A DNA stretch of 60,529 nt, the filler included, from Basidioascus undulatus (Eukaryota), in the NCBI GenBank assembly GCA_000826855.1. It is 5 parts of 5 records of this genome, joined end to end, with 100 filler letters (N's around TTAATTAATTAA, not from the genome) between each part and the next. Parts side by side here need not be neighbours in the genome. Positions count along the whole stretch, not along the records: positions 36,382 to 48,405 come from JTLS01000958.1; positions 48,506 to 60,529 come from JTLS01000959.1; 3 more parts are not named here. The stretch is one strand, 5' to 3'. The position numbers were made by a program, and so were the translations under genes. Of this stretch, positions 36,382 to 49,129 are shown in pieces. The notes below the pieces were generated by a model, which did not search any database, was not told the origin of the DNA, and saw only the letters and a program-made list of their open reading frames with translations. The stretch's first letter is position 1; every line of letters starts with the position of its first letter.

Positions 36382-39300
36382 GCACGAACCCCCGCAGTCC
36401 CATCCACCCTCCTCGGCCCCTCCCGCATCCGCATCTTATCCACCGCCCGTCCCCGCGCGCGCCCCCTCGCCCTCGCCCTCGCCCTCAACGATCTCCTCCT
36501 TCGCGCACCTGCAGCCGCACAACCTCCCGCGCTTGCCCATGACCGAGCATCCGCCTCCAGCACCCTCGTCCTCCCCCGCCCACTCGCCGCAGTCCCAGTC
36601 GCAGTTCCTCGCGCTCCTCCCCCCACGGGAGCATGCGCACGGGCAGGAACAGGAGGCGCACGAGACACAGGCGCAGATGGTCGAGATGGACGTGAATGTG
36701 GGCCAGCTCCCCCCTGTCGAGGAGATGCCGTTTAATCCCGAGGATGATGGGACGGCAATGCTTTTTGATGTACGTGCGCTTCTCCCGGTCCACCCTCCCT
36801 GCGTGGCGGTGGCGTTTCGGGACGCAGGGTGCAGCAAGGCGCGGGCAACTGATTGGGATGAGAACGGGGATGACAGGACGAAGGCCTGTCCGAGCTCGAA
36901 AAGATCTTCTTGTTCGCGCGGAGCGAGCAGACTGTGCACCGGTGCGTTTTCTCCACCCATCCTCCGCCACCCTTTTCCACCCCTCAGAAAATACCCGATT
37001 GCTGATGAATTTTGGCGATGGCGCGGGCGCGCTCACAGCCGCTTCATCGCCTCCACGCTCGGCGAGTCGATCAAGCACGTCGACCCGGCCGAGGCGGTCG
37101 AGTATGTGCTCCCGCTCTTGAACGGGCTCGGGACGGACCCTGGTCAGTCTGACCCCCTAATCTTCGGATGGGACAAGAAAAGAAGCGGGAGAAGCTGATG
37201 CGCTGGGGACGCGGGGTGGCAGAGGACGAAGTCCGGATTGCGTTTGCGCCGCAGCTGGCGTTTGTGGTGTACTACTTCCTCACCGTGAGCCATCTTCTCA
37301 TTTGTCTCTTCGGTGGGTGTGGGAGGCTGATGGGGGTGGAGCATAGAACTTCCCGCTTGTGGAATTGCAGCCGTTCGAGGAGTATGAGGGTGTGGAGCAG
37401 GCTGGGGAGGAGGGCGAGGGCGAGGGCGAGGGGGAGAAGACGACGAGCTTGACGGTTACGTCTGAGAGTTTGCGGACAGTGCGTTCATTCTTTTCTTTCT
37501 CTTTTCCCCTCAAAGCAAGGCCAGGCAAGCTGATCAATGGATGAACGACAAGGTGTCAATGCACCGCACGCTCTCGGACCAGGCCGTGCCCTCTCTCCCG
37601 CCCTCCTTCGACAACGCCACCTCGCCCTCGTCCTCCGACCCGTCCCCGCGCTCGTTTGACGACGGCACGCCCGGGTCCGCGACGTCCGCGTCGACGGCCG
37701 CCTCGTCCGTGCATCAGACGACCCCGCCCCTGTCCGACGCGCCGTGCTCTGCGTCGGCGTCGTCAGGACAAGCGCCCACCGCCGCCGCCGCAGACGAGGG
37801 CCCCATCCAGGCGATCGAGACGGACTACTACTCCGACGTCGATTCGCACGCGGACGGGGATGTCCCCCCCTGCATATCGGTAACGACTTTCACGCCCCTC
37901 ATTGGCTCGCTCCTCCTCAACGCCTCCCCCGACGTCGCCGTCCCCGCCCGCCGCGCGCTCGTTCTTCTCCTCGCGCGCCTGCGCGGCCGCCCGCTGCCGG
38001 AGGCGGAGTACCCCGAGGTGCACGACTGGCCGGCATGGGCGGAGGAGTGCGACGCGCGCGTGCGCGACGCCCCGGACTTGAGGGACTGCGTGGAGGGAGA
38101 GCTCGTGGGGAGCATTGTGCTTGGGCTCGCGAGGCTGGATGAGGAGGAGATGGAAGGGGGTGGGGCGGATAGGAGCAGGGACAGTTGGGCGTCGGTTTCC
38201 TCCCGCGGGGAGGGCAGCACCGGCGCTAGTGAGCCCCCCAGGAGCAGGGGGCCGAGTTCGGGGTGGGAGATGGAGGAGAGCGTGGGCGCGGCAGGGGTGG
38301 ACGGCGAGGAAAGGTGGAGGAGAGTGGGGGAGTTGGACGAGCAGGCGCATGAGATGGGCGCGGCGAGGGGGGACCCGATGCTTGATTGTCCGGAGGAGGA
38401 GGCGAGCTTGGGGAGGATGGTACGCTTCTCCTTTCCCCCTTCTCCCTTAACCCTTCCCCCTTTTCCGCTCGGGACTGACCGCCCTTGAATCCATGGCAGG
38501 TGACGATGAGCCTGATCGCCGAGATCGTCAGCTCGGGCGTCCTCGACGGATCGGACACGCCCGAGAAGCTCTTCCTCCCCGAGGTGCACCGCCTCAAGGA
38601 CGACCCGGCATACTACGTTCGGCGCGAGGCGGCATTCGCCCTGGGCGGACTCGCAAAGGCTGTCCCGCTCGAGCACGTCCATCAGGACCTCGTACGTCGC
38701 TCCCTCTCATCCGCGCACTCCGCACAGTGTTGGGCTGACGTGTACGTGGCCCAGATCCCGCTCATCAACCAGTTCGCGCGCGACCCAGTCTGGCAAGTCC
38801 GGCAGTCGGCATGTCTCGCGCTGCACTCGCTCGCGTCCGCCCTGCCCTCGCCCTACGCAAAGCGCGCCGTCGTCCTCCCCCTCGCGCAGAGCTTCGCGCG
38901 CGACTCGTTCCAGTCCGTGCGCGCCGCGCTCCTCGAGAGCCTCGGCCAACTCGTCGCTCTCTTCATCCCCTCCGCCTCCGACAACGATAGCGGCGCCGGC
39001 AACCAAGAAGCGGGAGGGGACCCGCCCGCGGAGCTTGTGGATCTGTTTCTGGGGCGCGCGGATAGGACGAGCACGACTGCACCGGAGCCAGAGGCTGAGA
39101 GGCAGCTTGTTGCAGCGTATAATTTGCCCGCGTTTGTGTTGGCGCTCGGGAGGGCGAGGTGGGAGGAGGTCCGGGGCGTGCATCGGTTTTTGTGCGGGTC
39201 GCAGTTGCCCAAGGTGGGTCTTTGCCTGCTTCCTTCCCATGGGTGCAGCAGAGAGGATCTGACCCCATTTCGCGTGCGAGCCGCAGGTCCGCCGCTCCCT

Positions 39301-40643
39301 CGCCGCCTCCCTCGCGGACATCGCGCGCATCCTCGGGCCGACCCTCACAGCGCGCGACCTCCTCCAGTCCTTCACCGCGTTCCTCGCAGATGTCCCCGAA
39401 GTGCGCGAGCGCGCGATCGAGCGCTTCTCGCACTTCGTGCGCGCGCTCCCCGCGCCTGAGGCGCTCGCCCAGATCCGCACGCTCCGCGACGACTGGGACG
39501 CCGCGGGGTGGAGGCTCCGCGAGGCTCTCGCAGGGCAGGTCGCGGACCTAGCGGAGGGGTTTGCGGGCGAGGATCGGGAGGCGTGCGTGCTGGCTGCTTG
39601 GGCGAAGGCGCTTAGGGACCCGGTGGGCGCTGTGAGGGACGCGGGGGTACGGGATGTGAGTTTGCTTTTCTGCTGGACGGGACGTGAAGGGGTGCGGCAG
39701 AGTGCTGACTGGTGGGGGGCACACAGACTTGGCCGTTCTATCAAGCGCTGCGCGACGTCCCCGAGCGCCAGCAGCAGCTCTTGGCGCAGCTCTCCGCGCT
39801 CGCGCATGACGAGACGTTCAAGCACCGCCGAACGTGAGTCTCCTCACTCCAATTATCTCCTTCATCCTCCGTCATTATGTCGTGGAAGTTGATCTCACCT
39901 TAACTGTTGTTTCGACCCGTAGCTTCCTCGCGTGCTGCAGCGCGTATGTGTCCCGTCCCGACGCCGACCGCCCGCTCTTCGAGGCCCAGCTTTTGCCCTC
40001 GCTCGTTCGACTTGGAAACGACGCAATCATCGACGTGCGCATCTCCGTTGCACAGGCTTGTCGCGAGGCGATCTTTGCCGGTTCGTCGGACCCGAGCCAT
40101 GCTTCGCGTACTTCACCCATGCGCTGACGTCTTACGTTTCTTACAGACCGCATCTACACCGAGCTCTCCCACCGCCCGCCATCCTTCTCCGCCCTCCTCC
40201 TCCACCTCGACGCGGACCCGACCATCTCCTCTATCGTGCCCGGCCTCACGATCCCCCTCTCCAGGCGCGGATCCGCGCGGACCGCAGGGCTGCACTCGCC
40301 CCGCAAGCGCCCCTCCCCCGCATTCAACGGCGCCTCTCCCGCCCAGCACGCGCCCAAGACGCCCAACGGCGATGTCCCGACGCTGTCGCTGCCCGCTTCC
40401 GACGCCGACGCTGACACGATCATGGCCTCCCCCGACCGACGGTCGCTCTCGCGCTCGCCCGCCGTGTCCCCCGACCCCCGCGAGCTCTCCTTCTTCCCGC
40501 CGTTCTTTGATGGTGGCGACGGCTCCGTTGAGGCGCACGGAGGGTACTTTGACGCTGCAACAGCCGCGCTCGCGGCGCCACCGCCTCGGTCGTCGACGCC
40601 TGCGGAGGGGCAGAGGGGCCAGACGGCGCGCGTGCGGGCCTAG
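36382..40643 (+). CDS. HEAT-repeat protein, protein phosphatase 4 regulatory subunit 1 (PP4R1)-like; 5' end probably beyond the contig
   Basis: ELEKIFLFARSE, EAVEYVLPLLNGLGTD, LKDDPAYYVRREAAFALG, FARDPVWQVRQSA and AAYNLPAFVLALGRARWEEVR...KVRRSLAASLADIARILG. Multiple introns. Confidence 0.82.
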
Positions 40644-41269
40644 GGCTGTTGACTTTGTTGCATTGGACTGTTCTTCACACCTTCTCATCTCTCTTCCCCA
40701 CACTTCCTTCTTCTTTCTTTCTCGTCTCCTTATGTTCTTCTACAGCATCGTTCCGGTTCCGGCCCTTTTTTCGTCCTTCCTATTTCATACTTTAAAGCCC
40801 ACTTCACTACTTCATCTACATCACCCACCGCCTGTTACGCTACATGACCGCATGCATTGCAACGCACGTTTCTACAGACTCCTTCATCTTCATACGCCAT
40901 TTTCCATCATGCCGTCTGATGCAGATGCGCTTGCATCGCGAATGCAGCTTTGTGTTTGGTATCGTGGTCTGTGTTCGCAAAAAGGGACGATTACGCCAAA
41001 TTACGGAGCGCCTGGTTTCTGTCTGCATGGTGCTAGCGATCGTCTTTTCTCAGCTTTGTTCGACTGAAAAAGTTTCGGCCCGTGATTTCAAGGCTTCTCA
41101 ATGGGCAATCCGCGATCAATTGTGTTGGAAGCTGTTCGTTCGTTTGCCTTCATTATTCTGCTCAATTCCGCTGGAAAGTTTGCCGTGGGCTTGGCCGTCT
41201 CCTGCACACCTCCGCACCCGTGTCCCTCATCCCTTTCGCCCGCCATCCAGTCCACACAGACTACTTCAC

Positions 41270-41856
41270 TGAGAAGATACAACGCCCCTAATGCCTACCG
41301 CCCGACGGTCACCGCCGTTCGAGGCGCTGTCAGACAAAAGGCCATCGTGACGTTGGATAAGGCCACCGGATCGGTGACTGAATACTTTCTCGACTTCCCC
41401 TCGGAGGACAGCTTCATCCAGCCGTCGTCCGTGCTCCTCTTCCGCAGGAGAACGCCATTCACTTCAGGATGGCGGCTTTCCTTCAGCTTCTCGGTTTGAT
41501 CGAGCGCGCCGCCCCGGATATCTGGTTCGAGTTCATTATCAACCGTTACTAATCTCCTCCAGTTTGGGTGACTTGGCCAGGCTGCTTCTACGGGATGGTC
41601 GGATGGGAAAAGGCCGCGAGACCATCATGGCACGTCTGAAGTCGCTTTCGAACAAGTCGCGCCTTATCGAAAATCAAACCAGCCAAAGCTTGCTCGAGAG
41701 GAGATGTGTGAATGTCACCGCCCTCTCCGATCCGTCCAGGGTTATATGAGAAGTGTGTGGAGAGAAGGCCGAGAAGACGTGCCAGGCCTGCAAAGGCGCG
41801 GTGTACTGCTCGATCGATCATCAGCGGGAGGACTGGGGGGAACCACACCTCCGATG
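41270..41856 (+). pseudogene. MYND zinc-finger protein remnant
   Basis: *EVCGEKAEKTCQACKGAVYCSIDHQREDWG, with TGA (41747-41749) at the first Cys position and a likely frameshift in the G run near 41840. The 5' boundary is uncertain. Confidence 0.7.
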
Positions 41857-42793
41857 AAGACAGATCAACGGTAACGCTGACATGTCGAATCTCAATGCAT
41901 TTCTCGAGTGCACCAGCGCACTCAAACAAATCATGAATGAGCATGTGTTCTCTTCAGCTTTCCACCCCTTAAAAATACACATCCATCGTATTCTTATGGC
42001 TTTCCGAGTTGACACATGAAGTGCGACTTGCTATCGCGATATCGTTGACACTCAGGTGCAAGTGCAAGGGAAGTGCTTCCGGTGGAGCCTTCCTTTGACT
42101 CGATGATCTTGCAATATTCCTAAAATGAAGAGCGGTAACTCAATTAACCAAATGAAAAAAAGACTAGTTAGTCTTGAGAGCTGCGCGGATGTCAATCCGG
42201 CAGTCATCAACTCGGCTTTCGTCACCCCCACACTTTCAACATCAACGAGATCTCCTTAGAACTTGAAGCGGCAGACCTTACCCTACAAATAAATTATTCT
42301 GTAGTCCTATATACGCGTCTGAGTCTTCCGTTAATTGATGTCGGACGACGTGCGCTCCTCGTCCTCCTTCGCAGCATGGCGACAACTGCACTCGAAGGTC
42401 TCATGTAATCTTCAGTATACCCCCGCACGTCTCATAAGCATCAGTTTCTCCCTACACATGTTTGCGCCAATTAAACAAGTTTACCTTAATCAGGGGGCCC
42501 CGAAAGAGAGGCAATCCATGTAAAAGACTGCGAAGACCGTCGATGCTCTGCTGCTAGGTAAAGGCACGTTGACGACCGGGGCCGTCACTGCCTTTTGGGA
42601 GGTCACGAAGCTGGAGTTTTCGCCGACTTGTCCAAGTGGAAGGAGTGGGGAGATGAGATTCCCTTGTTAGGCACAGTCGCCCTGTCAAAGGGACAAAGCG
42701 GACGCAGCGTGGCTGAACAAATCAGAATCAAATTGACGAGAAAACAGCAGATCATCTCTCCTGTCGCCACCATCCATCCACCCCCGTCCCTGA

Positions 42794-45370
42794 TCAGTTA
42801 TGCGTTGCAACCTTCCTCCCTTCCTCAGCCAGCCAGCTCTCGAGCTGGGCCCGGTCGCGCGGGACAAAGCGGATCTTGAAGGGGTGCGGGGCGGAAGAGA
42901 GGCCGCGGGGGTTGGAGCATCTTCGGGGGGAAGAGAAAGAAGTTCAGCAACTGGGTGCTCGATCGGTAAATATGGTGAGCGTAACTCACGCCGTAGCTGG
43001 GTTGATGTCGAAGTCTTGCTCGGAGGGCACGAGCGACTTGTCGATCTGCGGAGCATGGGAAAAGAGGGGGTGTATGTGGTCAGCATTCCTGGAACCTGGG
43101 CTCAGTTTTATCTGCCGGATTCGAAAGAGAACACACCTTGAAGAAGTGGATGAGTTTGGAGAAGGCGATGTACAGCTCACGGTTTGCGAGGTAGACGCCC
43201 GCGCACATGCGGCTGGGAACGCAATCTTTCAGTGTCTGCCATGTCGGTCGGATATGGGAAAATAACTGGGGTAAGACGCACCGGCCCGCACCGAACGCAT
43301 AGTGCGCCTGGCGGGTGTCCTTCTGGTCCAGGTACCGCTCCGGCTGGAACTCCCAGGGCTGCGGGTATCGCTCGGGGTCGTGGTGGACGCCCCAAGCGTT
43401 GAGGAAGACCTACAGACAGTAAAGGAAGACCTCGGTAAGTAGTTCTGCGCTCAGAGCGAATATGGTTCTGAGGGAACTGATCGCACAGTCGTTCCGTCCG
43501 GAATGAAGTGTCCATTCCAAGACGAGTCGCCGATCGTCGAGCGGGGGAGCGCGAGCTTGAGCACGGTGAAGAAGCGGGAGCATTCCTTGTGGAGCGCGGT
43601 GATGTACTCGATCTGCCACACCCAATCCCATCCAACCAGTGAGCAGTGAGCTGAAGGGGAGGCAAGCGCCAGAAAGCAAGTGTCAGACGCACGTCTTCGA
43701 CATAGGAGTCTGGCGGCTGGCCCTTGTAGACCTTGGAGATCTCGTCGTACGCCTTCTGCTGGATGTCTGGGCGCGTGGCGAGGTACCCGACGGACCAGAT
43801 GAGCGTGTTTGCCAGCGTGTCGAGGCCGGCGGAGACCATCGAGAGGCAGATGGAGGACTGCGAGAAGGTGTTGTTCAGTATGAGGGTTGAACGGGGGAGC
43901 TGGCAGTATTGGGGCATGTCAACTGAGCAGAAGCTGAAGGAAACGCACCAGCTCGAGATCGGTCAGCTGCACCTCGTTGAGCTTGAGGATGTTGCCGGTG
44001 ATGCAGGGGACGTCCGTGCCCTTCCGAATGCGGTCCTTGAGGCCTGTGAGAGTAGCCAAAACCCGGGCCAAGGTCGTTAGCAAAGTCCTGAAAAGAGATG
44101 CAGGATCGCGACGGACCGTCGAGGAGATGGGTCATGTAGACATCGCGCCGCCTGCGCGTCTCCCCCGCCTCCTTCGAAACCTTGCTGCCGGGGAGCCAGC
44201 GCAAAAGGGGCACGTAGTCCGCCAGTGTCCCCGACACAGACCGGAAGTTGGCGACGAGGGTCTCAACTCTGCCAGGCCAACAGCAACAGAGGGTTAGAAA
44301 CGGCGGCAGCGGGGAGGTGTTGACAGCAGGAGAAGGCGCACTCGATGATCTCCTTGAACATCGAGTCTTCCACGTCCGCCAGCCTCGTACCGTAGTTTAC
44401 GACCAGCGACGTGTTGAGCGCGAACCTCTGGAGGTACGAGTACGGATCGATGGCGGTGTCGCCTTCGGGAGACTTCTTGAAGATGTCTTCGATCACGCCG
44501 TGCACTTCGGCGTCGATGATGGGGACGTATCTTAGAAAGGGGAGGTATGAAGAGTTATATACAGGCATGCAAGTGTGAAAGAGTTAAAGGGACGACGAAC
44601 GACTGCACGGCAGGCCGGTTCAGCGGCGTTGCGGCAGCTTTGCGCTTCTTCTTGCAGCTCTCGTCCCACGGAGACGTTCCGATAGCTAGCCATATAGGAT
44701 AAGTGAGTAAAAAGAACATATCATTATATGTATATACCTAGTGAGAGTCTTACTGAAGCCGGCCGTGGACGAAACGAGCTTGTGGAACGTGTAAAACTGT
44801 GCACCGAGAGCGTCAGACACCGCCTAAAAACGAGCACCGATCATGAAAGTGACTTTACCAAAGGACGGGAGATGTAGGTGCCTATTGGGTTCAAATTCTT
44901 GTCAGCTATGGGGACAAGGAGGGACCTGCGATCGAAACTCACTGCCCTGCTCGTTGAAGAGCTGCGTCGCGGCTTTGGCAGAGTTCACGACGACAACGTC
45001 GCGTTCGCCCAGACGAATTTTGTAGACTTCTCCGAACTCCTTGCTCCATTCGTAATATGTCTGTTTTGTTTCGAGAAGCCGTCAGAGCGTTCATATCTCC
45101 GACAGCGTCGGGATCCCCCATTCAACTGCATATCATGCGCCCAGGCTAGCACCTTTGCTCCTTTTCCCGGATTACAGCAAGAATTGGGGATATGAGGCTT
45201 ACCTGACCCGCGTCCTTCCCAACCTGTAACAGGTTCCCCACGATTGGCCAGCCTCGCGGGCCGGGAAGAGACGGCAGCGTATCCTTGTGCTTGAGGGTGC
45301 GATAAAGCAGAGTCAGAAGGAGGGCGGCAGCGGCGGCCCAGAGCTTGAGGTCGAACTCCTCGAGCGACAT
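42794..45370 (-). CDS. CYP504: Cytochrome P450 of the CYP504 family (phenylacetate / 3-hydroxyphenylacetate hydroxylase-like)
   Basis: Membrane anchor plus PGPRGWPIVGNL, FYTFHKLVSSTAGFTIGTSPWDESCKKKRKAAATPLNRPAVQSY, SMVSAGLDT (I-helix), KECSRFF (ExxR), PERY and the heme motif FGAGRRMCAG. Confidence 0.9.
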
Positions 45371-46113
45371 GTTGGAATTTGAGATATGAGGAGCAGGTGA
45401 GCTGCTGAGATTGCGATGAGGCCGAGACGAGACGTTGCGGCGGGATGAGAAAGCAGGGGGGGGGCGGTCACGACGGTCAAGATAATCCGCTGATGATGGG
45501 TATGAAGGTGGACTTTCTGAGAGCCCGATTCTCTTGGGGCGGCGAAGATGAACACGCGACCCAGCGTCCATTTGGAGATCAGCGCAATGCCAGAGCTCAC
45601 TCGGCACGACCACAGGGACACGACCGCGGCCGTCCGCCAAATGCGACCGCTGATCTGCCTCCGCCAAGCTTGCTGGTCCGCTCAAACATTGCAAGTCGAT
45701 GAGGATACTCTTTCCGGACTTAACCCAGACGCGTGCAACGCGTAGCCGACGTTACCGAGACACGTGGACTGTGATTGAGACGAAGAGGGAGCGCGTGGCT
45801 CGCATGTAGCGGCATGCAGAGTCAGCGGACTCAACTTGAGCTCCCGCTGTCTATCCCACGCGCCCCTATCATGAGTATCCTTGGTTCTTTGACACTTTTT
45901 GGAGACGCACGTACTAGACGCACTACCGGGACCGGAAAGCCTGGAGCGGCAAGTCAGCCCTCTCCTTCGAGCCCGTTCGCTTTCGCGCTGACTTCATCTG
46001 CCTCATCGCCTCAGAACTGACTTCTCTCCGGGCCACATTTTCCGCTTTGCTCACAGCGCTTCAAAGATCCTCTCAGTTCTTTCCATCCTATTTTGTATCG
46101 TACGATCATCGCC
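45371..46113. promoter_or_regulatory. Putative bidirectional promoter of CYP504 and hmgA
   Basis: 743-bp interval between head-to-head start codons of two genes from the same pathway. Confidence 0.55.
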
Positions 46114-48129
46114 ATGGGTCCTCAGTACCTCAAGGGCTTCGGCAACCACTTTGAGTCGGAAGCCATCCCGGACACCCTCCCAAGCGTACACAATACGACT
46201 CAACATTGGAACGATGCTTTGACGCTAATGCTATTACATCACCTTTACAGCTCGGCAACAGCCCTCAGAAGGTCGCGCATGGCTTGTACGCCGAGCAGCT
46301 GTCGGGAACAGCCTTCACCGTGCCGCGGCACATTGGCAATCAGCGCACCTGGTTTTACCGTGTACGCCGATCACTCATTAAAAAAGCGCCCAATATTCGT
46401 TTAGACTCATTACTATCACCTGAGCAGATTCGCCCTTCGGTGAACCACAACCCGTTCGAGCCCTACCCGCACCTGCACGTCGTCGGCTCGTTCCACTCCT
46501 TCTCGCCCGGCATCAAGGCCACACCTCAACAGCTTCGCTGGAGCCCGTTTGAGTTGGATGAGAAGGCCAAGTCACAAGGCGCTGACTTCATCGATGGTTG
46601 GCGCGCTCTCATCGCTTTCGGGTGCGAGGGCGTGGCTCATCGTATTCCTCTTCTCAAGGTCTTCGCACGCTCGCCGGCGCCGGCGATGCTCAGACCAAGA
46701 ACGGCCTGGCTATCCACACCTACATCGCCACCAAGTCTATGGGCAAGCGGTCGTTCTACAACTCGGACGGCGACTACCTAATCGGTGAGTTCGTAGGCTT
46801 GCCGTGCTGTGTCTGAAAAGAGAAACAGTACTGACTCTTCGCATCGTGTCTGCAGTGCCTCAGCTCGGCCAGCTCAACATAAAGACCGAGTTCGGCTTGC
46901 TCGAAGTCCCGCCTAATCATATCGCTGTCGTCCAGCGCGGCATGAAGTTCTCTGTCGATCTGCCCGAGTCCTCCGCCTCTTCGCCTGCCCGCGGCTACAT
47001 CTGCGAGATCTTCAAGGTGCCCCTTGTCCAACTGATTGAAGGCGTCTCATGCAGCTCACCTACTCTCTACGTTACTCAGGGTCACTGGTCCCTGCCCGAT
47101 CGTGGACCCATCGGGGCCAACTCGCTCGCGAACGAGAAGGACTTCGAGCATCCCGTCGCGGCGTACGAGGACGACGAGTCCGAGTGGGAGATCATCAACA
47201 AGTTCATGTGCTCTTTCTACCGCTTCACCCAGAACCACTCGCCGTACGATGTTGTTGCGTACTCGGGAAACTACGTCCCGTACCGGTGAGTCGACTGCGT
47301 GCACCCAACGAAGTCCGGGATGCCAGCGCGCCAGCTGAAGGTTTGTGCCTGGGGATGCGGACGAAAGATACGATCTCTCGAATTTCTGCGTGATCGGTTC
47401 CATCTCCTTCGACCATCCCGACCCATCGATCTTTACCGTCCTCACCTGCCAGGTTCGCAGTCTCCTGGCTTCCCGTCGTTGAGCTCGAGGCGCTGACCGG
47501 ACAGGCAATTGACAGTCCGACAGCCCCGGTACGGCCGTGGCCGACTTCGTAATCTTCCCGCCTCGCTGGCTTGTCCAAGAAAATACCTTCAGGCCTCCCT
47601 ACTTCCACCGAAACGTGAGTACCGTCCGCCCCTCTGCCTGATCCTCGTGGCTCACGCTGTTTGAAACCAGTGCATGTCTGAATTCGTGGGTAACGGTCTT
47701 CACTATCACCAGTATCTCAAAGATAAAGCGAAGAGTACTCTTCTCCCTCAGATGGGTAACATCGCCGGCACGTACGATGCGAAAACCGAAGGTTTCCTCC
47801 CTGGAGGAGCTAGCCTGCACAACATGAACTCGGCGCACGGTCCCGACAGCCAAACGTTCGAAAACGCCTCCAACGCCGAGCTCAAGCCTGCCAAGATCGG
47901 TAATGGCAGCATGTCGTTCATGTTTGAGTCGGGGTACCAGCTCGCTACGACGGAATGGGCGATCGAGGAGAGCGGGAAGCTGCAGCAGGACTATTGGATG
48001 GCTGTGCGTTCTTCCCAGCTACGTACCACTCATATAAACCTCAGTGCTGACCTGGAGGATGTGTACTTGCAGTGGAGAGACTTGAAGAAGCACTTCAAAC
48101 CGCCTGCCGGGGATGGAAGGACTGCGTGA
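46114..48129 (+). CDS. hmgA: Homogentisate 1,2-dioxygenase
   Basis: [108 protein letters not shown] and FMFES. Confidence 0.96.
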
Positions 48130-48405
48130 GAGGGTGTGATTGTGGGAGTTGACAATGGACATTCAGAACGAGCATCCTTTCGCGTTTCGACTTGGCTGTG
48201 GACTTTTGTAGCACTGTCAACGTAACATCAATTTCAAATCAATAGTCCTTTGTCCGACTGCGAGATAGATGCAGTTTCTTGACGCTCAACGACCACCATT
48301 GTTGACGAGTACATATTAGTGCGTTGAGGCGCAAAGGAGGGCACGAGAAAAGCGAGCGCAGATGTCGTAACGCGAGGGGGGGGGAAGGGAAGCATTGGAC
48401 GGGGG

Positions 48406-48505
48406 NNNNNNNNNNNNNNNNNNNNNNNNNNNNNNNNNNNNNNNNNNNNTTAATTAATTAANNNNNNNNNNNNNNNNNNNNNNNNNNNNNNNNNNNNNNN
48501 NNNNN
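48406..48505. other. Artificial contig linker
   Basis: N44-TTAATTAATTAA-N44. Confidence 0.98.
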
Positions 48506-48584
48506 CTCAAGAACCGTGATGACTTGATCATGCATGATGCCGGTTCCCTCCACATCTTCTCTTTTCCTCTCCCCTTTTTTGCGC
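48506..48584 (+). repeat. Inverted copy of 54900-54987 (end of the eIF4G-like CDS plus 3'UTR)
   Basis: Reverse complement of 54900-54987, identical except for a 10-nt deletion (TTTGACGAGG) and one extra C. Confidence 0.93.
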
Positions 48585-49129
48585 ATTGGTTTGACGCCAC
48601 TGGAACAGATCAGCTGAGCAATTTATAGACTGAGTGTGTTCAAAGTCTGGCCTTGAACCTGAGGTTAGGCTCCAAGCATGCAACAGCCTGCCTTTATGCT
48701 CCAAGACCGTCTCCAGCTGCCGCTCGTCTCTCACTGCATCCAGTCCAGGCCCCTGATCTTTGCCGGGATTTACAGTGGGCTTAAAGCCTCTGAGAATGTT
48801 CACCATTACCCAGTCATGAGCTCTTCTCAGGGCCGATCTCAATGTCTGCCGACAGGAGCTGCTCTGTCTTGTCACGTTATACTGTACTACACATTGAACG
48901 CAGCCTATATTGCGCAGAAAGTGTGTTGTTTGTGCTAACAACCTATTGTGTAACCAATGCCATTGGTCCCGCACACCCATGGCACTGAAGTCGCAGTACA
49001 ATTCAAGAATCAGTCAATTTTCAGATGCATAAAAGCGAGTATGAGCCCCATGCTAGTTGTCTACAAAAATAAAGTGATCGTTAGGGCACCGCGCGACCTG
49101 GCAGACCAAGGCAGCACATCTAACATAGG

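Noticed and set aside
41747..41749. In-frame TGA at the first Cys of a MYND finger as selenocysteine or readthrough
   Set aside because: It is one substitution from a Cys codon, neighbouring frames are also disrupted, no SECIS is evident, and Sec machinery is not known in Dikarya. A nonsense mutation is simpler.
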